Shown in pieces: positions 34,144 through 42,337 of a stretch of DNA of 56,219 bases. This DNA comes from a virus, in the IMG/VR virus record IMGVR_UViG_3300045988_063094, positions 1-56,219 of that record; one strand, written 5' to 3'. Under the pieces are notes generated by a model. It had not been told where the DNA came from. It did not search any database and saw only the letters and a list, made by a program, of their open reading frames with translations. Made by a program: the position numbers and the translations under genes. How positions within the stretch are numbered: position 1 is the first letter of the stretch; each line of letters opens with the position of its first letter.

Positions 34144-34376
34144 TCACACCATCGGAAACGCCATCCAATGCGTCACCGTCACATCTTTCGGCAGTCTCTC
34201 GCCTATCTCGTCCCAGAACTGACCGTCTGCATAACAGCCAAGAAAGTACGCTGTTGGCGAGATTCCTTGCAATATTTTCCATCTTTATCCCGCCACGTTG
34301 TCTTAGTCGCAAGCAACAAAGGCTGCGTCCGCTCTCGCGGCGGTTCGCTTGCTGGATGCCAGAGTGTGTTAGCCAT
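34144..34376 (-). pseudogene. second DUF551-like gene split over two frames (one nucleotide short)
   Basis: MANTLWHPASEPP... in the ATG frame; ...DVTVTHWMAFPMV in a frame with no start codon. One extra A in the A4 run (34275-34278) would join them. Length is 233 nt (3n+2). Confidence 0.45.
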
Positions 34377-34593
34377 TTTTATACCCCGCAGTAGCAAGAA
34401 CGACTACATATCCAATTAAGAAAATAGCAACATTGATAACCGCACAAGCAACAACCTTGATAACAGTGCTATCAATATATTCATCCAAAGTGTTCCAAAG
34501 GATATATCGTTCAAACAGATAAATGGGAGATACAAACAATATACCCACCATCGTTGTCAAAACGATACCTAAAGCGACTTCATATATCGGCAT
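34369..34593 (-). CDS. small two-TM membrane protein
   Basis: Start MPIYEVALGIVL with a GGGGAG RBS. Confidence 0.5.
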   Translation of the reverse strand: MPIYEVALGIVLTTMVGILFVSPIYLFERYILWNTLDEYIDSTVIKVVACAVINVAIFLIGYVVVLATAGYKNG

Positions 34594-34607
34594 TGACTTT
34601 TCTCCCC

Positions 34608-34982
34608 TCAATCTCCGTCCCACACGCCGTCAGGACGCATCTTTGCAAATGCCAACAGTCCGTACAGCGCACGTTTTGCATTGCCCTCTGTGGCGTTCCA
34701 GTAGTCGCTATCGTCTACATCGTCACCTAGTGCGGAGATGGCCTTTTCCAGCATCGGAATGCTTTCTGCGCCTGTTTTGCCGTAGATGGAGCGGATGCCG
34801 CCCTCACCAAACACTTCTGGCCGATAATAGAAGTGACCGTAATTATAGGTGACGTTGAGCCATAGTTCTTTTGTACCTCCCATAGCGCGCATACCACCTG
34901 CGATAAAATGCGTACTATCTGCTTTGAGCGGTTTATGCGTTACAGGGTCGCACAGTGAAATATCATAGCTCATTTTTTTCAT
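34608..34982 (-). CDS. hypothetical protein
   Basis: Start MKKMSYD; ATGA overlap with the upstream stop. Confidence 0.55.
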   Translation of the reverse strand: MKKMSYDISLCDPVTHKPLKADSTHFIAGGMRAMGGTKELWLNVTYNYGHFYYRPEVFGEGGIRSIYGKTGAESIPMLEKAISALGDDVDDSDYWNATEGNAKRALYGLLAFAKMRPDGVWDGD

Positions 34983-35215
34983 CCTTTCGCCAGCCATACA
35001 GCTAAAAGACCACCGCCAAAGACAGTCGCGTTAATAGCTGCCACTATCATTGCATGAATAATTGTTGAACGTTCTGGATGCTTCCACGACCATCCAAGCG
35101 AAATGTCATCGGTCATATCCCAAAGAAACATTTCAAAAATCGTGACAAAGGCTCCAACCAAGAATGTTATGAGCGACCCCAAAACAAATATGGCGAATGT
35201 TTCTTTAGCTGTCAT
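34979..35215 (-). CDS. small membrane protein
   Basis: Start MTAKETFAIFVLGSL; two TM segments. Confidence 0.5.
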   Translation of the reverse strand: MTAKETFAIFVLGSLITFLVGAFVTIFEMFLWDMTDDISLGWSWKHPERSTIIHAMIVAAINATVFGGGLLAVWLAKG

Positions 35216-35447
35216 TTTCTCTTTTCTCCCATTCCTTGCATCCACGTTCATCCCACACGAAGTCTGCAACGCGTTCTGACTGGTCGTTCACACACACGCC
35301 CTCCGGCTCTGCGTACCATTTGCAAGAGCCACAGGACTGCTCAGATTTGTTTTTGCAGGATTCTGCCATACATCGGATAGCCTTGCCAGCGGAAAACTGC
35401 TTGATGCCCATGCAAGAGCAATGTTCTGTGGTGCAGTAAAAGTTCAT
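35205..35447 (-). CDS. Cys-rich small protein
   Basis: Start MNFYCTTEHCSC; ATGA overlap with the upstream stop. Confidence 0.5.
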   Translation of the reverse strand: MNFYCTTEHCSCMGIKQFSAGKAIRCMAESCKNKSEQSCGSCKWYAEPEGVCVNDQSERVADFVWDERGCKEWEKRENDS

Positions 35448-35665
35448 TTGTACTTCACCCATCCTATTTGTTCGCAAACGCCAACAGTAACGGGGTCACA
35501 TCTATGTACGATCATTTCCATTGTTACTTTTGCGCATTTTGCTGCATTGTTTTCGTTTGTGCTTGAAAACAACCCACGAACCGTTTCATACTGCAAGTTC
35601 TTTAATTCATTGGCCGAAAATACAGAACCGCATTGCTTGCATCTGTATATCCCACAAAATCTCAT
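35444..35665 (-). CDS. zinc-ribbon small protein
   Basis: Start MRFCGIYRCKQCG; ATGA overlap with the upstream stop. Confidence 0.5.
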   Translation of the reverse strand: MRFCGIYRCKQCGSVFSANELKNLQYETVRGLFSSTNENNAAKCAKVTMEMIVHRCDPVTVGVCEQIGWVKYK

Positions 35666-35865
35666 TTCCTCTGCCCTCTCTTTCCCCTGTTGAACCGTCC
35701 AATCACTCGCTTGTACTCCGCATAGCAATCCGGACACAGGTCGCCTGTGTCCCTGCGCCACGCCCAGTCTTTGAAGTATTCGTCAGGGTTCATCATTCTG
35801 CCGCTCAGAACCGCTCCGCAGCGGTCGCACACTCGCTTGTGGTAGATTCCTCTGTCAGTTTGCAT
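35662..35865 (-). CDS. zinc-ribbon protein (paralog of 52662..52862)
   Basis: CDRCG ... WRRDTGDLCPDCYAEYK. Confidence 0.6.
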   Translation of the reverse strand: MQTDRGIYHKRVCDRCGAVLSGRMMNPDEYFKDWAWRRDTGDLCPDCYAEYKRVIGRFNRGKRGQRK

Positions 35866-36613
35866 CGTCTGTCACCTCTTTGTACTCCACATCAATCCCC
35901 TTCGGCAAAGCCGTCTGGTACTTCTGGGCGAGCTGTTCTGCGCTCTGAGCATCACCCAACGGCTGTTCAGGCGGCGCAACGGTAACTTCCACGTTGTCAC
36001 GCATACCAAAGTAGTTCTTGGCTCGGAAAATCCACTCTGCCGGGTTCTCTTGACCGTACATACCGTTGTACGCCCACATGGACTGCATTTGCAGAATCAG
36101 CTTGAGGATGTATTTCTGCTGCAAGCTATCGTCACGGCGCTTCCCTGCCATAATCTGCTTCAGGCTCACCCATTCGATGCCCAGAACTAGTGCAATCCAT
36201 TCCACAACAGGGGAGATTCTAGCTTCGATGCAAGCGTCAAAAAAGAAGTCAAGGCGTTGCTGCACTTCAATGGGGTTGTTCATGTCCACGCTCGGAAGGT
36301 CGCCAAAATACTTTGCCGCAATCATGCCGACAACTTTCTTATCCTCTTCATCACCAATTCTCGACTGCAAATCGCCTGTGTTCAGCATCTTAGACCTCGT
36401 GATTGCTAACTCCTGTTGTTCTTTCACCTTTTTACTCACCTGTGAGCGGATAGATTTCCGCTTGTTAAGCATCTGTTGCTTCTTCTTCTCACGCTCTTTC
36501 TCGCGTTTCGCAGCGGCTTGCTCTTTCGCCTTTTGCGCTCGCTTCTCACGCTTTTTCTTTTCAGCTTCGGTCAGCGGCGGTCTGCCACGACCACGCTTCG
36601 GGGGTGTTGCCAA
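35855..36613 (-). CDS. basic DNA-binding-type protein (possible small-terminase-like; uncertain)
   Basis: N-terminus KRGRGRPP (AT-hook-like) plus a Lys/Glu-rich tract. The C-terminal domain is of unknown family. Confidence 0.6.
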   Translation of the reverse strand: MATPPKRGRGRPPLTEAEKKKREKRAQKAKEQAAAKREKEREKKKQQMLNKRKSIRSQVSKKVKEQQELAITRSKMLNTGDLQSRIGDEEDKKVVGMIAAKYFGDLPSVDMNNPIEVQQRLDFFFDACIEARISPVVEWIALVLGIEWVSLKQIMAGKRRDDSLQQKYILKLILQMQSMWAYNGMYGQENPAEWIFRAKNYFGMRDNVEVTVAPPEQPLGDAQSAEQLAQKYQTALPKGIDVEYKEVTDDAN

Positions 36614-36619
36614 GAGTTT

Positions 36620-36784
36620 TCACCTCTTCATTTTCGTTTCGATTTTATCTAGCATGGTTGCAATCCACCAGATAGAGCAGCAACCGTCCAGCTGCCGCCA
36701 CCAAGCGCACTCTTCTTTCTCACAGATGCACCGACCAAGCGGATTGCTGGTCATCTTCATCGGACAGTAAAGTTCGTTATCCAT
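36620..36784 (-). CDS. small Cys/Trp-rich protein (54 aa)
   Basis: TAATG overlap with the upstream stop. MDNELYCPMKM...CICEKEECAWW. Below the ORF-track cutoff. Confidence 0.4.
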   Translation of the reverse strand: MDNELYCPMKMTSNPLGRCICEKEECAWWRQLDGCCSIWWIATMLDKIETKMKR

Positions 36785-37107
36785 TAGTTACTTCCTTTCT
36801 TCGCAAATGGATTGTACTCACTGGGGTCGGCTTTATTTGCCCACTCAACCCACTTAACAACCTTTTCACGAAGTTCATCATCAAGTAAAAATGGCTCACG
36901 AATCAAAATAATCTTTGGATTTTTCTTCATGATTTCTGCATTAGTCTTGATTTCGTCATAATCAATCGATCCATAAAACATTTTGCTACGAACCTTGTCA
37001 CCACGACTTGAGATATGACGAGTGAATGATTCCTCACGAAACCTGAATTTCTCGGTCAAATGTGGATTAAGTTTCAAATCATACTCCTGAATATATCCAA
37101 CCTTCAT
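36784..37107 (-). CDS. hypothetical protein
   Basis: 107-aa ATG ORF. Confidence 0.55.
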   Translation of the reverse strand: MKVGYIQEYDLKLNPHLTEKFRFREESFTRHISSRGDKVRSKMFYGSIDYDEIKTNAEIMKKNPKIILIREPFLLDDELREKVVKWVEWANKADPSEYNPFAKKGSN

Positions 37108-37113
37108 GATGCG

Positions 37114-37293
37114 TTACCTCCCCATCATAACAGCCGTACAAACGGCCAGACATACGTTGATAAACAGCCAGACGAGCATTGCCTGCCGCTCTTCAAACAG
37201 GTTGTTTGCCATGTTCTTGATTGTCCGTTCGGACTGAACTACCACCGCCAGCAAGACTAAGCAGACCAGCCAGCGAGTTACAAATTCAAACAT
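37114..37293 (-). CDS. small two-TM membrane protein (59 aa)
   Basis: ATG ORF MFEFVTRWLVCLVLLAVVV... Below the ORF-track cutoff. Confidence 0.4.
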   Translation of the reverse strand: MFEFVTRWLVCLVLLAVVVQSERTIKNMANNLFEERQAMLVWLFINVCLAVCTAVMMGR

Positions 37294-37294
37294 T

Positions 37295-37519
37295 TCAGAA
37301 TGCCTCCCAACTGTTAATAATCAGTTTCTTCCCGCAAATCGGGCATTCAGGAATAATTTTGTTCCATACTTTATTTGCTGTCATCGTTGCAAATCGAGTG
37401 TCGAGGACATCTATATCCGTTCCACACAAATCACAAGAGAATTTTATGCTCCTCCGAATATCATCGCTTATCCTCATGGATAACGTATCGTCAACTTCTT
37501 CGCTGTTCAATAGTGCCAT
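37295..37519 (-). CDS. zinc-ribbon small protein
   Basis: CDLCG ... CPICG pairs. Confidence 0.5.
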   Translation of the reverse strand: MALLNSEEVDDTLSMRISDDIRRSIKFSCDLCGTDIDVLDTRFATMTANKVWNKIIPECPICGKKLIINSWEAF

Positions 37520-37724
37520 TGTTATCCTCCATCAAATCGTACCGATGCTCTGACAGCCTTGCAGCGTCCTGCAACCGTGCGATTGCAAGCTGTTCCTTGT
37601 CCATTAGCTCCACCTTTCTCTCAGCTCTTTTTCGACCTGTTCTGACTTTGCGGTGATGTAATCCGCAAACTCGTCAGGGGTCATGTCCTCGTTTTTGAAT
37701 TGCCCAACCATCTCCCAGTATCTG

Positions 37725-37973
37725 TCACCGTCCCATCGGCTGGTATCGGTTTAGGCAGCGTGAGTTATTGCAAAATCGCTCGCTTCCGATGATGCGCAGC
37801 GGCTTCCCGCAGTAGGGGCAGAAGTCCGGGAGCTGCTGTGGCGTGGCAAATTCCATGTCTGCCTTTGACGCACCGGTTTGCATCAGCTTAATCACGCAGT
37901 AAGCGGAACCCGGCTGCGCTGCCGCAATGCAGCTCTGACGTGCTGGGCATTTTGAGCAATCGTACATCGTCAC
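37725..37973 (-). CDS. Cys-rich small protein
   Basis: CSKCPARQSC ... CPYCG ... C..C pattern. Confidence 0.5.
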   Translation of the reverse strand: MTMYDCSKCPARQSCIAAAQPGSAYCVIKLMQTGASKADMEFATPQQLPDFCPYCGKPLRIIGSERFCNNSRCLNRYQPMGR

Positions 37974-38353
37974 TCCTCCATTTTTGCGCCACAGTAAGGG
38001 CAGAACTTCATTCCGTTTTCCTTCGGCGTGCCCTCATACATAACAGAAGAATCTTTGCACCGAGAGCACGTCCAAATAACAGCGTCTCCGTTATAATCTT
38101 CCTCGTTCACCCAATGCGCCACCGGTCTCAGCGTTTCCGGGTCGATGGTAGGGGCGTTTTCAATATTTTTCTTCATGAGAGCAATACCGTCTCGCCAAGC
38201 ATCGGCTTCTTTTTCACTGTATTGCTTGATTGACCAATTATTTCGGTCAAGTATCGCATTTGCATCAATCAATCGTTTATCGCTCACTTCTGTTCTCCTT
38301 TCAGCCAGTCGTTCAGCTTTGCCATGCAAGAGGGACAAAGAAGAATGCCCCAC
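37970..38353 (-). CDS. hypothetical protein with a C-terminal zinc ribbon (paralog of 50394..50711)
   Basis: LIDANAIL ... CSRC ... FCPYCGAKMEE. Confidence 0.55.
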   Translation of the reverse strand: MGHSSLSLLHGKAERLAERRTEVSDKRLIDANAILDRNNWSIKQYSEKEADAWRDGIALMKKNIENAPTIDPETLRPVAHWVNEEDYNGDAVIWTCSRCKDSSVMYEGTPKENGMKFCPYCGAKMEE

Positions 38354-38457
38354 CCTTCTTCCCCGTCAATTATTGGCCGAACTTCAATTTTCCTATTCAT
38401 TTTGTTCCATTCTTCAAGCGTAAACGTTTCGCCACACCTATCGCATACCATTGTCAT
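38284..38457 (-). CDS. zinc-ribbon small protein
   Basis: Start MTMVCDRCG ... CPSC. Overlaps the RecU-like stop. Confidence 0.45.
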   Translation of the reverse strand: MTMVCDRCGETFTLEEWNKMNRKIEVRPIIDGEEGWGILLCPSCMAKLNDWLKGEQK

Positions 38458-38974
38458 TTTCGTTCTCCAATCTTTCCAGCAGCCCATCCACGTCATACCG
38501 CCAATGGACACGTAGCCTTTTTGCTTTGACCTCTATCCCCTCGTGCTCTGCCCACTGCCAAGGGATGCTCTTGCGGCTCTCGTTGTATCGGAACGCCAAA
38601 ACCTTGTTGGCAGGGATTGCAAAGGTGCGGTTGACTGCCCGGTAATTGACTATCACATGGGCGGTCTGACCGCTGTACCCCATTGCATCCACCATGTCAG
38701 TGATGTGCTTTTCCTTGCGGTATTTGCACTTTGCCTTGTCGTACTTGCCGAACACCTTTTCCAGAGGGATAGAGGGCGTTTCGATGGTTTTCAGCTCAAA
38801 CAGGTGGTTCATCGGGTAACGGTACACAAGGAAGTCGCAGATGTTGTCGATGGAAAAGGACAGGTTCTCGTTGCCGCCGTAGTAGGTGGCAGCACTGTCT
38901 TTCAGTCGGTAGCACCACGCATCGGGTGGAACAGATGCCTTGAAATCTGCTTCAAACTGCTTGCCGGTGTTCAT
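38438..38974 (-). CDS. recU: RecU-like Holliday junction resolvase
   Basis: GKQFEADF ... ICDFLVY ... LFELKTIE pattern, a PD-(D/E)XK fold typical of RecU. Confidence 0.55.
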   Translation of the reverse strand: MNTGKQFEADFKASVPPDAWCYRLKDSAATYYGGNENLSFSIDNICDFLVYRYPMNHLFELKTIETPSIPLEKVFGKYDKAKCKYRKEKHITDMVDAMGYSGQTAHVIVNYRAVNRTFAIPANKVLAFRYNESRKSIPWQWAEHEGIEVKAKRLRVHWRYDVDGLLERLENENDNGMR

Positions 38975-39162
38975 GTGTTGTCCTCGATTTTTTTGGCTTC
39001 TCTGATACGTAGCCGAGCAAGTTCGCTATTTGCATATTGCAGTTGCCAGCTACCAAACCAGCCTTTGTGAACAAGTTTTCCGGCGCAGTAAACAAACTCC
39101 TGCTTCATCAATTCATCAAGTGAAATGATGTAACCGCCCGGCTTATACTTTCTTTTGCTCAT
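38971..39162 (-). CDS. hypothetical protein
   Basis: 63-aa ORF; ATGA overlap with the frame entered after the A7 run. Confidence 0.5.
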   Translation of the reverse strand: MSKRKYKPGGYIISLDELMKQEFVYCAGKLVHKGWFGSWQLQYANSELARLRIREAKKIEDNT

Positions 39163-39378
39163 CCTCGCTCACCTCTAAATTCACTTCCGAGAAACCGCTT
39201 CTTGCCACGTTCCCGGTGCTTGTCCTCGTAATTGCGGTGGTACACGCTCTGGCTGTGGTTAAGCTCATGCACGAATGCCTTGCGCTCCTCGAAGTCTTTT
39301 TTTCTCTGCCTTGTACTTCTCGCAAGTGTCGTGGCAAGCTGTGTGGCGTGATGTGCAGTTGAGACAACAAGTAATCAT
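39159..39378 (-). pseudogene. Cys-rich VLP-like small gene interrupted at an A7 run
   Basis: MITCCLNCTSRHTACHDTCEKYKAEKK, then a stop after 11 more codons. The +1 frame (DFEERKAFVHELNH...) runs open to an ATGA overlap with the next gene. Length is 220 nt (3n+1). Confidence 0.4.
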
Positions 39379-40655
39379 TCTTCGCCGAATCTCCTTTTTG
39401 TAACGGCAATGGGAAACTCTTCGATTTCGGAAGCCCATCGTGCCGTACCGTTTCCATAGGTCTTTTGCCAGACAAGTGGGAAGCCGCCTATGCCATCGAA
39501 CAAACTGCCCAACATGGCATTTGTACTTAAATAGGGCTTCATCTTCTGTGCAATCCAGAACCACTGCGGTAGAGCAATGCTGTTTCCGAGTGCCTTGTAA
39601 CGTGGACTGTCAGCATACTTATGCTTCTTGCCTTTGCTATCCACCCATTCGCCGATGTCCGTCCATCCATCAGGGAAACCCTGTAACCGTTCGCATTCAA
39701 CAGGCGTAAGGCGGCGCACAATCCAACGGATGGCTTTCTCTGCAACCAGGCATTCGCTACCATTTCCAATGTTCCCCGCTTTCGCTTTCAAGGTTGAGCA
39801 TTTGTCGCTTTCCTTGTAGTGACTGAAAGACTGTTCGTTAAAGGTCTTGCGTTCGATAGCAATAGCCGTGTAGTCTGTGATTCTGTTTTCGTGGTCGCCT
39901 GTAATGGTCGGTACGATTTTCCCATCGCCGTTTCCACGAGCATCATAAACAACAGGCTGAAATAATGTCTGGTCTTGGAGTGTTGAAAGCGTTGCGCTTT
40001 TTTCGGTTTGTACCAGCGCACCTTTACCACCACCGGCGCATCCACTACGGATTTTCAGGGTATAGGAATTGCCCGCCCTATCACGTCCATAAGGGCTTGC
40101 CTGAGAACTTCCGGAAGTGGTTTCCCACGCCTTGATGCTCTCGTCAGGATTCCCCGACACGCCCGTGCGCTCAAATAATATCTCTGCGGCACGTTGTCCT
40201 CCAAAATCCACGACAAGAGCGATTCTCTTTCGGCGTTGGGGAACTCCCCAATATTGAGCATCGAGCTGTCGCCATGCCAAAGACCATCCGTTTCCAGCGA
40301 TTGCTCCGGCTTTGCTCCATCTGCCCCCCCTACCCGAAGGTCGAGGAATTGAAACGTCTGGTTGTTCCACGCGGGCAAGTTCTTCCAGCACGGCTCTGAA
40401 ATCTTCTCCTCCGTTGGAACTGAATGCTCCGGGCACGTTCTCCCAAATAGCGAAAGTTGGATGCAATCCATTTGTGCTTGACCTCATTTCTTTTATGATT
40501 CGAACTACTTCCATGAACAACCCGGAGCGTTCTCCGGCAAGTCCCGCCCTGCGTCCTGCAATGGACAAATCCTGGCATGGGCTACCAAACGTGATACAAT
40601 CCACAGGCTCTATCTGGTCGCCGTGAATCTTTGTAATGTCGCCCAAGTGCTTCAT
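39375..40655 (-). CDS. DNA (cytosine-5) methyltransferase with circularly permuted motif order
   Basis: Motif order IV (GSPCQDLS), VI (ENVPG), VIII (QRRKR), IX (RRLTPVECERLQGFP), X (ALGNSIALP), then I (LFDGIGG) and II (ASEIEEFP) at the C-terminus. Confidence 0.8.
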   Translation of the reverse strand: MKHLGDITKIHGDQIEPVDCITFGSPCQDLSIAGRRAGLAGERSGLFMEVVRIIKEMRSSTNGLHPTFAIWENVPGAFSSNGGEDFRAVLEELARVEQPDVSIPRPSGRGGRWSKAGAIAGNGWSLAWRQLDAQYWGVPQRRKRIALVVDFGGQRAAEILFERTGVSGNPDESIKAWETTSGSSQASPYGRDRAGNSYTLKIRSGCAGGGKGALVQTEKSATLSTLQDQTLFQPVVYDARGNGDGKIVPTITGDHENRITDYTAIAIERKTFNEQSFSHYKESDKCSTLKAKAGNIGNGSECLVAEKAIRWIVRRLTPVECERLQGFPDGWTDIGEWVDSKGKKHKYADSPRYKALGNSIALPQWFWIAQKMKPYLSTNAMLGSLFDGIGGFPLVWQKTYGNGTARWASEIEEFPIAVTKRRFGEE

Positions 40656-40708
40656 CTTTCCAAACGCCCGTCCAGCCAGATAGCGCAGCTCTTATATAAG
40701 GTAGGCGG

Positions 40709-41314
40709 TCAGGACTTTGCCGAAGCGAAAGCCTTGCTCATATCAGTGATAATGTCATATCGGTCTTGATATTTGCTGTACACAGTCGTTCCAGTTCCAA
40801 GACCAATCTGCGTCTGGTTGATGGAAGCAGGAACTATGTAAATGCTTTCCTTCTCTTCGTTTTTTGCGATCAGAAAATAAACATCGCAAGTAGGGAATCG
40901 TTTTTCAAGATTGAACGAATAGCAAAAACTCTTGTTTGCCCTGCTCGGTCTCGCTGTTTTCACATCAACCTTAACGCTTCCATTAACATAAAGGTCGTAA
41001 GCATATCTGGTTGTCATCCGTTCAACGGAAAATCCGTGTTCTTCCAGCAATTTTATTGCAAGTTCTTCTCCGTATTTTCCAAACTGAGCTTCGCTTTCCT
41101 TCATCTCGATTTTGAGAAGTTCAGCCACCTTGTAGTAGCCACCCGGAAACCGCTTGATGGCATTTGTTACCTTGTTGTTACCGTAGTACCCGCTCAATTC
41201 ACTTCTTGATGGCATTCTGGTTAAACCAGTGGCAGACATACAGGCTTTCACATACAGCAAGATTTTATCTTGCGTCCAATGCGTTTTTTGTTCCCGATTC
41301 ATGCGCATCTCCAA
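40709..41314 (-). CDS. PD-(D/E)XK-type nuclease with a HEAR-like N-terminal repeat (homing-endonuclease-like)
   Basis: N-terminus HWTQDKILLYVKA...FPGGYYKVAELL. Core GEELAIKLLEEHGF ... YDLYVNGSVKVDVKT. Confidence 0.5.
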   Translation of the reverse strand: MEMRMNREQKTHWTQDKILLYVKACMSATGLTRMPSRSELSGYYGNNKVTNAIKRFPGGYYKVAELLKIEMKESEAQFGKYGEELAIKLLEEHGFSVERMTTRYAYDLYVNGSVKVDVKTARPSRANKSFCYSFNLEKRFPTCDVYFLIAKNEEKESIYIVPASINQTQIGLGTGTTVYSKYQDRYDIITDMSKAFASAKS

Positions 41315-41731
41315 TCAGAAGTGCAACGAACCATCATCGTCAATCACAGAGAAGTCATCCGTGTTGCCCTGAGAGTAGTTCTGCGGTGCATCCTGCGCCC
41401 GATCGGCGGGTTTGCTGTCAGACTTGCCACCGCAGAAGTCAACCTTGTTCGCCATGATTTCCGTTGCAGTGCGGTTGTTTCCCTGCTTGTCGGTATACTT
41501 CCGGGTCTGGATGCTGCCAGTCACCAGAATCAGGCTACCCTTCTGGAACCACTTGGAAACGAACAGTGCCGTATTACCAAATGCGGTGCAGTTGAAGAAG
41601 TCTGTTTCCTTCTGTCCGCCACTCTGACGGTCGCAAGCAATGCTGAATGCGCAAACATCCTTGCCGGATTTTGTGACCTTAGCTTCAGGCGTGTGAACCA
41701 GACGACCCTGAATTGCGATAGAGTTAAGCAT
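41315..41731 (-). CDS. ssb: single-stranded DNA-binding protein
   Basis: OB-fold N-terminus (IAIQGRLVHTPE...) and an acidic tail DDDGSLHF. Confidence 0.85.
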   Translation of the reverse strand: MLNSIAIQGRLVHTPEAKVTKSGKDVCAFSIACDRQSGGQKETDFFNCTAFGNTALFVSKWFQKGSLILVTGSIQTRKYTDKQGNNRTATEIMANKVDFCGGKSDSKPADRAQDAPQNYSQGNTDDFSVIDDDGSLHF

Positions 41732-41734
41732 TGT

Positions 41735-42337
41735 TTAGCCCTCCTTCGGCTGTTTCTGGGCACAGTCCCAACACAGGACACGCCCAAAGCGTTTCTTCGT
41801 GCTTCTTGCAGTTTCCAGCGGAGTGACTGTGCGGTTGTTGTACTGAATAGGCTGCAACTGCTTTCCGCAGCAAGCGCATGGGGGGATGGTTTCCGCTTCC
41901 GTTTGCTTCTGCGCAGGCTTGTTTGCCCTGCTTGTGGTCTGCTTCTGGTACTCGTCCGTGTCAGCGTCCTTCGTATCGTCAATGCAGAACAGACCGTTCA
42001 GAGCGTACTTTCTAGCGTAGCTGCTTGCAGTACCGGTAAGTTGGGAATCTGACATACCAGATTGCTGCTTTGGCTCTCTGGCGTATGCCGTGTTAGATAT
42101 TTTGTCTCCGGTCTCCGAATCGTAGATTGTTGCAGTCGCTTTGATATAGTGGTACTCACCACTCTGTACAGGCTCGTCTTCAAGAACAAGACAGGCTCCG
42201 TATTTCGCAAGGAGGGGTTTTACTGCTTCCAGAATGTCTTCGCAACTGCGGTAATTGTACTTACCAAAAGAATTGCGCTGGCTTTTTGGGGCTTTCAGCT
42301 CGCCTTGAATTTTGGAAAGCTTCACAAGTGTTTCCAT
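41735..42337 (-). CDS. ERF-family single-strand annealing protein
   Basis: Start METLVKL with a GGAAGGAGA RBS. KAPKSQRNSFGKYNYRSCEDILEAVKPLL. Confidence 0.65.
   Translation of the reverse strand: METLVKLSKIQGELKAPKSQRNSFGKYNYRSCEDILEAVKPLLAKYGACLVLEDEPVQSGEYHYIKATATIYDSETGDKISNTAYAREPKQQSGMSDSQLTGTASSYARKYALNGLFCIDDTKDADTDEYQKQTTSRANKPAQKQTEAETIPPCACCGKQLQPIQYNNRTVTPLETARSTKKRFGRVLCWDCAQKQPKEG

Noticed and set aside
35855-36613. Calling this the small terminase subunit
   Set aside because: The basic AT-hook-like N-terminus fits a DNA-binding role. However, the gene lies in the early operon 15 kb from terL, and I cannot recall a diagnostic TerS motif in it. It is left as a possibility only.
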